Part shown: piece by piece, positions 13,656 through 26,204 of the stretch | Position numbering within the stretch: position 1 is the stretch's first letter | Layout of the letters: each line of letters opens with the position of its first letter | Origin: Eledone cirrhosa | Taxonomy: Eukaryota | DNA: 64,000 nucleotides | Assembly: GCA_964016885.1 (NCBI GenBank) | Contig: OZ024740.1 | Location: forward strand, 186,186,001-186,250,000 | Reading direction: 5' to 3' | Notes under the pieces: generated by a model | Databases searched by the model: none | What the model saw: only the letters and a program-made list of their open reading frames with translations | What the model was told of the DNA's origin: nothing | Program-made: the position numbers and the translations under genes

Positions 13656-13809
13656 TAGGGAATAATATACACAAAACTCATCAGGTACACCTCGTGAGAC
13701 GAGTTTCACAAATATTCTCTCTACCAATTTTCAAATAAATTAGTTGGTCTTTCCGGGATCATAATAAAATGAAATGCGGCCTATATGAATCCACCTTAAC
13801 GTAGTTTTT

Positions 13810-14027
13810 AACCGATGTAACACATAGGCAAACTAAGCACACAACACACACAAAAACAAGATGGTGTAGGACAGAACAAAGGAGAGGCACAAAAACAAAG
13901 AAAAGAATCCCCAGTCACTGAAGAGGTCACATAATGTGTGACGAAAGAACTTTGACTATATATGAACAACCATCCGGTTGTGGAACCAACCAACCAACCG
14001 GAAATTTATAATAAATTGAAGTGAAAG

Positions 14028-14029
<2 letters not shown>
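13810..14029 (+). mobile_element. Solo pseudo-LTR of PLE family 2
   Basis: Reverse-complement match to 26320-26575. Confidence 0.8.
13913..13957 (+). ncRNA. Type I hammerhead motif (PLE family 2)
   Basis: AGTCA-CTGAAGA-g-GTCACA-taatg-TGTGAC-GAAA-GaaC-TT-TGACT. It has a 5-bp stem I, a 6-bp stem II and one extra nt after A9. Confidence 0.8.
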
Positions 14030-14106
<77 letters not shown>

Positions 14107-14156
14107 CCATTTTTCAACTGTGAATAATTTGTCAGCCTTTTCTATTCCGTTTACCA

Positions 14157-14269
<113 letters not shown>

Positions 14270-15840
14270 AAGGTTTACATATACATAAAGTCATAGATAT
14301 ATATGTTGCAACCGGTCACGTTGTAGCTCTATGAAGAATTAATATTAGAATTAATAATTTATCTAATAATTCTAAGGACATGATTTATGATATATATATA
14401 TATATATATATATGGGGTGTGTGTCTATATATATATGTGTGTGTGTGTGTGTAACTGAAACCACATGTTTAAAAAGCGTACCTAAAAATATTTCTAGTGT
14501 TTCATTTATCTATCCATCTATACATATATATATATATACGCACGTGTGTGTGTATGTGTGTGTGTCTTGTGTGTGTGTGTGTGTGTCTGTGTGTGTGTGT
14601 GTGTGTGCGTGTGTACGGCGTTATCATTTTAATTTGATTCTACAATATATGTGTGAAAATATATATTGAATTTTACTCTAATCTTAATTTTGAAACATAT
14701 ATTAAGTGATATCACTTCAGTGACCCTACTTACGTTTACTAGGTTTAAGTGTCCAATTGGTGTTCACATTTATCTAGGTTGTCGATTCGTTTGGCAAACT
14801 GTGTGTTCCACTTTATTCTGTAACACTATGAATTAATCTATGTTATATACGATTGATTGAGACTAGGCGACAAGATGTACTTGTATATGTGTGTTTGCCG
14901 CGTGTGTCCGATAGTATGAAGAAAAGAGAATACGGGGAGAAATTGAAATGCGGGGGAAGTGTCAATGAAAAAGAGAATCGTTACCTGATTGGAACGACGC
15001 CAATAAAACGAAGGAAGTAAGATAGGAATGTTTAAAAAGTGTATATAAGAATAGTTCTAGTCGTTCCAACTTGAATTGAATTGTCAGTACCTCTAACTAA
15101 ACAGTATATTTAGTGAACAATGCATTAAGCTTACTTGTTATAACGACAAATTGGCAAAAGGACAATGCTAAGTAAAAAGAACATATTTCGTCGTTTAACT
15201 CGCAATTACGCCAATTAATGCTGAATTTTCTAAATAGATAGGCTATTCTGTCTATTTTTGTTTAATTATTAGTTAAATGAAGCTAATTAAGCCTTCACGT
15301 CGTCTCTTCTCCATCAAGTTTTCTATTTCCTTTTATTCCATTACTAGCGTCAGTTATTTCACTGTGGCCATGCTAGGATCTCTGATGGGGTTTAGTTAAT
15401 AATATAGAGCCAGTTCATATATGTTTCAAGTCTGGTACTTTTATTTCCTCGAAAAATTAAGTTACGTGAGATAACAGATATTAAGAGTAGCACATAAAGA
15501 CACACACGTATATAAATATTTACGCACATGTATTTATATATATATATATATTATTATTTTTTTTTTTATTTGTACACGGAAGTAAAGCGCTACCTATGGT
15601 TACAAAGCCCAAATTTGACCATCTAGGAAGATTGTAAGAACGATTAAATGTGTAATCAGACAACAAGGGCAATTCAGGGTGCACGAAGACTAATGTGCAA
15701 TTCATGTAGACAGTATTTAAAAAGTATGTCTGGTCTAAAAATCCACATAAGATATCATGCGAGAACTGAGCATGATATACAATGAATTGATCAATCTTTG
15801 TATTGAGTAAACAACCAATATCTATATACATATATATGTA

Positions 15841-16179
15841 TATAATAAATAAAACAAGGATGACTGGTTACTCCTTCATTACGTTTATTTGTTGGTGACG
15901 TGCGTTTCGCCACCGATCATTTTTTTTCATTGCCACTAAAAGGGTCTGACGAGCCACGGATTAGAGAATCGGGCTAGATCAATAGAGATCGAACCATGAG
16001 CTGATAGGTGGCTAAACGCGAGTCACCAACGAATACACGTAATGAAGGAGTAACCACCCGTCCTTACTTTATTTTATTATACTACACTCTGTCTAGCTCT
16101 ACACCTCGATACAGAAGTGAACCTAAACATTGAGTGCTTACCCGGGTCAACCTATAGTAACTCCGCCTTACATTCTCTG

Positions 16180-16182
<3 letters not shown>
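15841..16182 (+). mobile_element. Pseudo-LTR-like unit with a ~78-bp inverted arm and a hammerhead motif (15943-16027)
   Basis: Arms are 15842-15919 and 16002-16081. The motif reads GGT-CTGACGA-GCCAC..50 nt..GTGGC-tAAAC-GCGA-GTC-ACC, and the inverted arm retains GTGGC-GAAAC-GCAC-GTC. Confidence 0.75.
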
Positions 16183-16261
<79 letters not shown>

Positions 16262-16266
<5 letters not shown>

Positions 16267-16529
16267 TTATTAAAATAACAGATTAAAGTTTAAGCAAAGA
16301 ATCGGTGCTTTCACCCTTAACGGGATATTCTGAAACTAAAAAAGTCAATATGTGAACGCAGAGGTAAATATTTACTTCTGCGTTCACAGATTTTTTAGTT
16401 TCAGAAGATCCCGTTAAGGGTGAAAGCAGCGATTATTTGCTTAACTTTAATCTGTTATTCTTATATATCTGATATATATTTATCCTTATTGACCCCTCTT
16501 TGGATTTTAGTCTTCGAATGTATTATTAT

Positions 16530-16535
<6 letters not shown>
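16262..16535. mobile_element. Fold-back palindrome of the PLE family 1 pLTR with a 3' extension
   Basis: Arms of ~95 bp centred on gtaaatatttac (~16364-16375). The sequence matches 5644-5750. Confidence 0.85.
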
Positions 16536-16578
<43 letters not shown>

Positions 16579-17329
16579 AACGAGTAGGACGCCGACAGCT
16601 GAGCTCAAGCCGTTTCGACGGCTAATTCTGGACTATTACCCACTCTACTACCCTAAGTATTGAGTACCTAGGTGCGTTATGGTCCACCTGGTTCCTTACC
16701 ACATTTCCTTCGTCACTCCCTGGATATATATATATATATAAAGTAGACAGACGGAATCACCTATACATATTTAGCTTATTACATCATCCTATTGTGGAAC
16801 AATTATTTGATGTGTTGTCATCAGACAGGTTTTCAGGTGTAATGTATTATTTTTGTTTTTGATATGGTCGCCATATCGCGGAAAGGAGTGTTAGCTGTCC
16901 GGCTTTAACTGGCCATATGATTTAACTTTGGCAAGGCGCCATCTAAAGGCGACGTATGCTGCTTGTTAGTAGTAGATGGTGGAAATAGATCGCTGGACTA
17001 AAGGTATCAATTTTCTAATTCTGGTTATCAGCTTCGATTTACAAGGGGTATAAAGAAGGCTGGTAAATTTAATTATCTACTTATGCATACTTATGGCGCT
17101 AAATTTAATTGAAAGAGGTGCTATAGGAGAATTAGTAGAGCTATCAAAGTGAAGTGCAAGGGCTTGCTCATCTATGAGAAGGATAAGTCAGCTTATCAAT
17201 ATAATGAAGTACAAGCGTGTTTTGAAGTTAAATAATTATTTAATTAGATTCGCGTTAATGAGGGGGTTCTATGGTCAAACTTATGAATAGAGCTAACTAT
17301 AGATTCTAAGGAATGCTTTAGACATCGTG

Positions 17330-18560
17330 TAACAACATGTGTTCAAGAAGTTCGGGAGTCATTTTTATTATTTGGGGCCTACCATTTATACTACGTACAG
17401 TTTCGGTACGGCAAATATCGAAATCAGACGAAAAAGATCCATTCACGTACAGTTGGGTGGTTGCAAGCGTTAAGTTTGACAGAGAGTATTGTGTTCCATT
17501 CTGCTTAAGGCTCCATATAAACTCGGATAGTGCCGTACTCCATCAATTATCAATCCGATTAAAGGAGTGGTGATGGTTGTAAAAACTTACCTTTAAAGTT
17601 GATCACTGTCGTGCCAATGTATTTATATAATGTGTCACTAGTGGGTGGTAACTTTATACTCATATGTACTACATTTTTATTTATACTACATTTTTACTTA
17701 TATATATATATACTACATTTTTATTTATTCTGCATAGGGCATGTAGCTAGAATTCTACAATTACATTCGTTGTCAGTATGTGTTGTGTCTATTGAGTGGT
17801 TTACTATATGGTGTGGGTGTAGAGGTGTGTATGTTAAATACTTTATTGTGGTTCTCCAAAGTATTTATATAATATTCAGGCGCCAGCGCTGTTTCACACG
17901 CATTTGGTCAGTGTTTATTTTCCAATTTTCTACTGTTCAATTTAGTTATGTTTTTGGCTACGTATTTCGTGGTTGAGTATAACTTAACTGTATGCCTACT
18001 GAGTATTCTGCTGTACCCCTGTGATTTGGAAAATATGTATCTAGTGCTTTGAATGAAAGCTAAGCAATGCTAGTTTTAAGCTCCGAAGGTGGGGTAGGTT
18101 TTATCATAGAACAGAGTGGGAGCGGTTTTGTTCCGTCGTTGCTTTTTTTTCATTATGAGCTATGTTTTTTGTAGGGAATTCCTCAAGATGTCCAAATCCA
18201 TTCGAGGATGCGGAGGGGGCGATTGGTGTCTCGTTGAGGCGAGTGGTAGTGGTATTATTGTATCTAGGGTTTGCTATTTCTATACAAATGCCCGCAGTTA
18301 AGCCAGTACATGTTGCCTTACTACAACTAGAATTTGTTATATTAGCGCTATCTATGCTATACCTGTATGAGTTACCTCACGTTATATTTTCAGGTAGAGT
18401 GTCTATGCACAAGGTTGCTCTATGAGTTCGCTTATGTTTGTGTAATCGATGTTAATCGATGCTATCGCTACCTATGTATTCTATTTTCGCCCTTTTTCCA
18501 GCCCTACCTAATGCGTCATTGTAGTTACTAGCTTTGCCATTGAAGATGTCACAATTAAAT
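17330..18560 (-). pseudogene. Decayed divergent PLE (same clade as family 1): RT C-terminus and GIY-YIG
   Basis: IFNGKASNYNDALGRAG (cf. IFNYNSTYYNEALARSG), KALDTYFP..YSRILSRHTVKL.YSTT, and KYIGTT..FK..YNHHHSF..STALS..IWSLKQN. Confidence 0.7.
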
Positions 18561-21144
18561 ATATGTGTGTGTCTGTGTGTGTGTGTGTGTGTGTATGTGT
18601 GTGCGTGCGTATGTGTTCGGGTTGTGTGTGTGTGGGGTGTGAGGGGGGGGGGGGTGTTCATGAAACTGTAGTTTTGTCTGTCCAAAAAGTAGCCGTAAAC
18701 AGCTGGATATTATGTGTATAGTAAAATGTCACGTTAACATATGACCTCATACCGAAAGGAAAGTAGAGAGGAAGGAAGAGAGTGTAAAGCATGAGATGAG
18801 GCATGAGAGGGTTATAGAGAGAGAAGATATTAACTATTTCAATCGTCAGTCAGCAAGGCAACCTATATGTGGTTGATTAATCCGCTACAAATAGCAGACA
18901 AATGTATCTTAAATCCCACTGTAGAGCCGTTATAAAAAAAATGGAAGTACACATTAGATAATGTAGTTCTAGATACAGCGCTGGAATTGTAAAGCAAGGC
19001 ATGGATGGTCGCGGCGGAAACAACTCTTGATTACAGCTTTGTTTGATCAGTGCTGATGTTGGGTTAAAATATGACAACAGCTAATTCTTGCACTTTAACG
19101 ACAAATGAATTGGTATTCTCCATCAAATTATCACAGCACTGTGTTCATTAAATATTGACAAATTATGTTAACATTGCTTATTTGAAATTCATCAAACGTT
19201 AAGAAATTCCAATGTATCGATTATTTTTATATCTCTATTGTTCAAACTATTAAATATTCACTTTAAATGTGATATGTGCACTACATATCTTCTAGTGTTA
19301 CTATCGCTTTATTTTCTGTCTGCTGCGTAAGGAAGCTGAATACTAACTTCATATAGTCCTATTCAGTGTACCCAACTTACCTGTGACTGTAAACCCCTTG
19401 TTCATCACAGCAAATATTTTATTGAACACTTTCAAAACATCCTACCCGAATTTGTTGTTCTCAAATACGCTGTAAATAAGGCTGGAATATAATATTATTA
19501 ATTTAGTGTTTTTATACCATTGTGGTTGAGATTGTAACAGAGGAATCTTCCGACGTTATTGGATCCCGGTCTACATCCCTGTTCACTGCTTTCGGAGTGG
19601 AGTTGGCTACCCGCATGTCTCCCTCACCGTCCTCCGGGGCAATGTCTTCTCTATCCTGTTGGCGGGGGCCATGAGGCTGACTGTCCCTTAAGATATGCTG
19701 TTTGTATACTATGTTTTACTCTTTCAATTCCATTTCTCTTCTAAATACATCTTCCCTAGCAAACATTTGAATGGCTTCTAACCATTCATTAAGTTCCAGT
19801 GTGAAGTTTTAGCGAATGCCTAATTAGAGCTTTGAATAGATAATTCAATAGTTTGTGTGTTGTTGTACATTTTCTCACCAAGGCAAGAAAAATTTGGAGG
19901 AACCAGATCATTAAACTAATGGGTGTGTGGCTGGTTATTCCAGAGACGCGCGTATTTTAATATAATTATCAGTGAGATTCAGCATAACACGCTATGATAC
20001 AAGGCTGGTTCTATAAATTCAGGTGAAATTCATCCGACGAGCTTTTTCGTTCACAAGGTTTTGGACAGCTCAAAAGCTCTTTTGCAGGATGACATGCAGT
20101 GGGATCTAGCGCGAAACCTCAGGTTTTCAAATCTTAAAAATCCACCACGCTGCTGTCACAGGAATCAATTCCGCATTTCGTGTATATGTATCAAGTGTTA
20201 TATTTTCTAATGTTGAATACTTATCTTCTGACTGTCATACATACCATTCTCAACTATCTCAAATGTAATATGCTCTTATACTTGCCCTCACCGCAGTGCG
20301 ATCATTATTCTCCCCTGGTCAGGTTTTCAGGGGTCTGCCTCTCCCTTATTCAGTCGAACAGAATGTACTAGATTCATGTCTCCCTGGTTTCAACCTCTCG
20401 GAACTTCACATCGGTCTCGCTGAACATTTGCATACTTCCCCAAAGGAAAATTGACATCGATTGATGGATATAGGGATACCACATCCATACTACCTATTAC
20501 GCAATGTCAGGTCACATGAGGAGTTGTATTCATTGATTCTCCTGAGGACGTCATTCGTCTTGTCACATATATCTGGGAACATTTTGATTATGGGGTGTAT
20601 GATCATTGCGAGAACAAATGTGAATCGGTTGTAGCCGGTATTATTACACATAAGAATATGTACAGAAGAGTGCACAAATAGACATAAACCCACCCTCAGC
20701 AGAATGCAGAAATACATATAATAATCACCTAATGAGGATAATAATCACCTAATGAGTACAACAGGACACACACACAAACAAACAAAAATTTAGGAGGAAA
20801 GTCACAATGTCGCACATACATTCACAGACACACAGATTCACATGTCGAACACAGAAATTTGTGGAAGCACCAGCACACAAAGACAAACACAGACAGACAG
20901 AAACACACACTCATATTTTTAACTGACCGGGGAATGCATTAGTCCCTTAACTAATAAGAAACCCACAGTAAAATAAAACCTAGTGTGTGTGTTTTTCCTG
21001 GCAACATGACCCTCCCAAATTATAATAATATATGTTTCACCACATGGTTTGGTTTCACATCAATAATCCTACAAGATTAATTACAAAAAGGAAGCATATA
21101 TATATATACATATATATATATATCCTTTTTCCTTATCCTTATAG

Positions 21145-21176
<32 letters not shown>

Positions 21177-22235
21177 TTTTTTGTCGACATTCCTTACAAG
21201 AAATATCTCACTATTAGTAACTCTTATAGTTATGTTCAATAAACTTCTCTTGCACCTGCGCATCACACTAGAAGTATATGTGTAGTCAAATTATTCAATC
21301 CTTTTTTTTAATTAGATTTAAATTTATCGCACTAATTTAATAAGTAAGTTCGTAGATTTGTTGTTACTTCAGAGATAATGCGACGAGGCATAGATAACAC
21401 CTCATTCATTCTAGAATAATTCTTTTAAAATTATCTCAAATATATATTCAAAACTGGCATATTGATAAGACAAATGGTGGCACCTGTCTTATCAAACATT
21501 ATCTCTTTTAAATGTAGGTGAAATAATTATGTAATACACAAAATATAATATTTTCATACACTTTTACAAAGGCAAACTATATTTACATTTATAGTTAAGG
21601 AATTGCAAACCAGACATTTTTCATACCTCTCACATAATATATTCAAAATTGTAAAGACACTGATACAGCATCTTTTGAATTTTTCCATTTATATTAAACA
21701 TCTTAAGCAGTTACAGACGGACAGTTAATATTTTATAGCAAATGTATTCACTGGAGTTTGAAAAGACTTGTGATGATCTTTGTTAGAATAATCCATTCCA
21801 TAAAAATGCAGAATGTGAATTACATGTACTTACGGAAATTACTATATATTGCTTCAAGTATATATGACTGTGTTCATAATAAGTATACAATCAATTTTGA
21901 AATTGCATCAGTTCCTATTAATAACATTCACCTAGCTTTAATTCAGGGATCAACATTCAAAAACGTTCAAGCTATATTTTAAAATAGGAATCAGTATTCA
22001 AACGAAGTTCAAGTATTGTATAGTTGTACAGTATCCTACTCTAGGTAGGGTTTTAGTGGCATACTAGACCACCCGAGACCTTGAACCACGTTCACTTCAA
22101 AATATATTTTTTTTAAATCATGTTCACTTAAAGATAATTTTTAAATAATAAAAATATACACAGACATGTGTATATTGTGAAATGAAACTCGAAGGCCCAT
22201 ATATATACGTGTGTGTATATATATATATATATGTG

Positions 22236-22342
<107 letters not shown>

Positions 22343-23281
22343 AAATTAAGTAATTCCGTCGGAAAAGTCCAGGAAAAAAGAGTGCTCTATGTAGGTAACA
22401 GAGCTTAATAGTTATGTAATAAACAACATAATGCAATTATTCCATTTATCAGTGGATTCTTAAAAGCAAAGCATTTTAGCTTTCAATCATCAGAATGAAA
22501 AAATCCTGCTGTATTTATTGACAATTGGATTATAAAACAAAAATGCAATCTATATGAAAGTGAGGCTGGAGAAGGAAGAAGGAAAGGAAAAATAAAATAA
22601 AAACACACATGCAAATACACACACACAATTATATACATACACACATATATATATATAAATATACATACACACATACATACACACACACACGCACATATAT
22701 GTGTATATATATACATACACATACATATACACATACATACATACACACATAAATATCAACATATCCATACACATACATATATACAACCACACACATATAT
22801 ATACATATATATATAGAAATATAAATATATATATATATATATGCATACACATACACATACATAGCCATACACACAGACATATACATACACACATACATAC
22901 ACACAATCATACGTATATACACACGTACATACATACACATACATACACACATATATACATGCATACATATGCATGCACAAAAATAGAAAAATACACACAC
23001 ACCTCTACATACACACACACGCAAATAAATATAAGAAAAAATATATATAATAATAAAAGACATAAAAAAGAAAATAAAGACTATTATAAAGTTGACAGCG
23101 ATACAGGCAACAAATAAATGAACAAACACACGTGGTAAGCAATACACACAAATACACGTACACATACATACGTAAAAATAAATACATACACATACTCTCA
23201 CACATAAGCGCATACACAAATACACACACACACACACACATACACACACATATATATACATATATACACACACGTATACAT

Positions 23282-23333
<52 letters not shown>

Positions 23334-23344
23334 ATAATAATAAA

Positions 23345-23542
23345 AAAATTCGTTTTTTCCCGTTCTTTGCCAGCGAACGTTACCACGAACCAAAGTATCG
23401 TCTTCCTGTCTTCCTCCGGTTGCAACGTTTTTTGAAATATCCAGTTCTGCGTTTACAGATTGACTTTGTTAGTTTCAGAAGATCCCGTTAAGGGTGAAAG
23501 CAGCGATTCTTTGCTTAAACTTTAATCTGTTATTTTAATAAA
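23345..23542 (+). mobile_element. PLE family 1 pLTR fragment
   Basis: Reverse complement of 5644-5840. Confidence 0.85.
23471..23521 (+). ncRNA. Hammerhead-like fold with variant core CAGAAGA (PLE family 1 pLTR)
   Basis: AGTTT-CAGAAGA-tCCCgttaaGGGt-GAA-AGCA-gcgattctt-TGCT-T-AAACT. Stems I and III pair perfectly, and six copies occur in the window. Confidence 0.6.
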
Positions 23543-23677
23543 TATATATATATATATATACACACATACATACATAGCCATACAATTATACACATACATA
23601 TACATACATATCACAAACACACATATATATATGTGTGTAAAACTCATTCTTAGATAATTCATATGAACCTTATTAAC

Positions 23678-23755
<78 letters not shown>

Positions 23756-23761
<6 letters not shown>

Positions 23762-23961
23762 ATACTTTGGGAGGGTCATGTTGTGGAACCAACCAGACAT
23801 TTTTAAATTTGTAAATTTATAAAAATATAATAAATTAAATTGAAGTGAATGCAACTGGTGCGTGTGTTTCTTATTGGCAACATGACCCTCCCAAAGTATA
23901 ACAATATCGGTTTCAACACACGATTTCAGATAAAGAATCTTGCTAAACAAATTCAGAAACG

Positions 23962-23965
<4 letters not shown>
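23756..23965 (+). mobile_element. PLE family 2 pLTR 3' part with a 28-bp inverted arm
   Basis: attgttatactttgggagggtcatgttg pairs with caacatgaccctcccaaagtataacaat. The segment matches 26208-26400. Confidence 0.8.
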
Positions 23966-23992
<27 letters not shown>

Positions 23993-24077
23993 CACATACA
24001 CATACGTACACATACATACATACTAACATACACATATATACCTACACACACATATATACAAACACATACGTATGCGT

Positions 24078-24122
<45 letters not shown>

Positions 24123-24364
24123 CATATATAACTCAATATATATATATATATGAGAAAGACCATAAATATTATAAAATAAATATTGTATATATAAAAAAAA
24201 ATGTGGAATACGACAAATAATAAATAAAAAAATATATATTTAGAAAAGGGTATAAATGCCCATAGCAGCCCTAGAGCACTCAACAAGATCCTGGAGCAAA
24301 AGATCAATGAAAATAATCATCAAATCACTATATGTAATGATGCACATACATGCACATACATGTG

Positions 24365-24434
<70 letters not shown>

Positions 24435-24436
<2 letters not shown>

Positions 24437-24571
24437 AGAGTTAAATAAGGTTCATATGAATTATCTAAGAATGAGTTTTACACACATATATATGTGTGTT
24501 TGTATTTGGTTGTGCGTGATTGTGATATGTATGTATATGTATGTGTATAATTGTATGGCTATGTATGTATT

Positions 24572-24616
<45 letters not shown>

Positions 24617-25218
24617 GTGTGTGTATATATGTATTTGTGTGTGCGCGTGTGTGTATGTATTTGTGTATGCGTATGTATGTGTTTATGTATTTGTATATGT
24701 ATATTTATGTGTGAGACTGTATGTATTTATTTTTACGTATGTATGTGTACGTGCATTTGTGTGTATTGCTTACCACGTGTGTTTGTCCATTTATTTGTTG
24801 CCTGTATCGCTGTCAACTTTATAATAGTCTTTATTTTCTTTTTTATGTCTTTTATTATTATATATATTTTTTCTTATATTTATTTGCGTGTGTGTGTATG
24901 TAGAGGTGTGTGTATATTTTTCTATTTTTCTATTTCTGTATGTGTATGTATGTACGTGTGTATATACGTATGATTGTGTGTATGTATGTATGTATGTATG
25001 TATGTATATGTATGTGTATGTGTATGCATATATATATATATATATTTCTATTTCTCTATATATATATATGTATATATATGTGTGTGGTTGCATATATGTA
25101 TGTATGGATATGTTGATATTTATGTGTGTATGTATGTATGTGTATATGTATGTGTATGTATATATATATACACATATATATGTGCGTGTGTGTGTGCATA
25201 TGTGTGTGTGTATGTGTG

Positions 25219-25272
<54 letters not shown>

Positions 25273-25513
25273 CGTATGTCTATAATTGTGTGTGTGTGTG
25301 TGTGTTGTTTGCATGTGTGTTTTTATTTTATTTTTCCTTTCCTTCTTCCTTCTCCAGCCTCACTTTCATATAGATTGCATTTTTGTTTTTAGAATCCAAT
25401 TGTCAATAAATACACCACGATTTTTTATTCTGATGATTGAAAGCAATTTTTTTGGCTCTTAAGAAACCACTGGTAAATGGAATAGTTGCCTTATGTTGTT
25501 TATTACATAACTA
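24435..25513 (+). repeat. Right arm of the large inverted repeat (~1.08-kb non-coding unit ending in a hammerhead)
   Basis: See 22409-23682. Confidence 0.85.
25423..25482 (+). ncRNA. Type I hammerhead motif
   Basis: TTTTATT-CTGATGA-TTGAAAGC-loop-GCTCTTAA-GAAAC-cactg-GTA-AATGGAA. The other copy (~22440-22500, minus) has better stems but GAATC in the core. Confidence 0.7.
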
Positions 25514-25524
25514 TATATATATAT

Positions 25525-26190
25525 ATATTAAAATACAGATTAAAGTTTAAGCAAAGAATGGCTGCTTTCACCCTTAAGGTGACCTTCTGAAACAAAAAAA
25601 TTCAATCTGTGAACGCAGAAGTAAATATTTCGAAAATCGTTGCAACCGAAGGAAGAGAGGAAGATGATACTTTGGTTCGTGGAAACGTACCCTGGCAAAG
25701 AACGAAAAAAAAAAACGAAGATAATACGTCATTTTTGGAGCGGTGAAAACAATTACACGCAAAGACAAAACCACGTTTATGGTATAAATGAAGTCGTAGA
25801 CTGATATTCTATGAGGTGGTTCATAGAGAGGTTCTCTAGCAATGAACGGAAAAAACGAAGATAATACGTCATTATGTGGATCAATGAGAACAAGACAAAA
25901 CCACGTGAAAGGTAAGACTGAAGTCGTAGACTAAAATTCTATTTAGGAAACCGAATGATTCTCGGCTTCAGTGTTAAGAATGAAGTAAATAAAATACAGA
26001 GGGAATTGAAATTAAATATATACATACACGCATCCATATACGTACATACACAAGCATACACGAAAACACTCGAAATGGGTATGCAAATACAAGCACGTAC
26101 TAAAAAAAAAAAAAAAAAAAACACGCCCGCACATACAAAACCCACGCAACGCCTGTACCGCACACATACGAACGTATACACCAAATACAC
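25525..26190 (-). mobile_element. PLE family 1 3'UTR plus pLTR
   Basis: Colinear with 5644-6225. Confidence 0.88.
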
Positions 26191-26204
26191 ATAAAATGAT
26201 ATAT

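Larger units (their letters stand above)
22409..23682 (-). repeat. Left arm of a large inverted repeat: microsatellite-like HHR-bearing unit, interrupted by a PLE1 pLTR piece
   Basis: Reverse complement of 24435-25513, including its unique anchors (ccagcctcactttcatatag, ttgcctgtatcgctgtcaac, aaggttcatatgaattatctaag). Confidence 0.85.
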
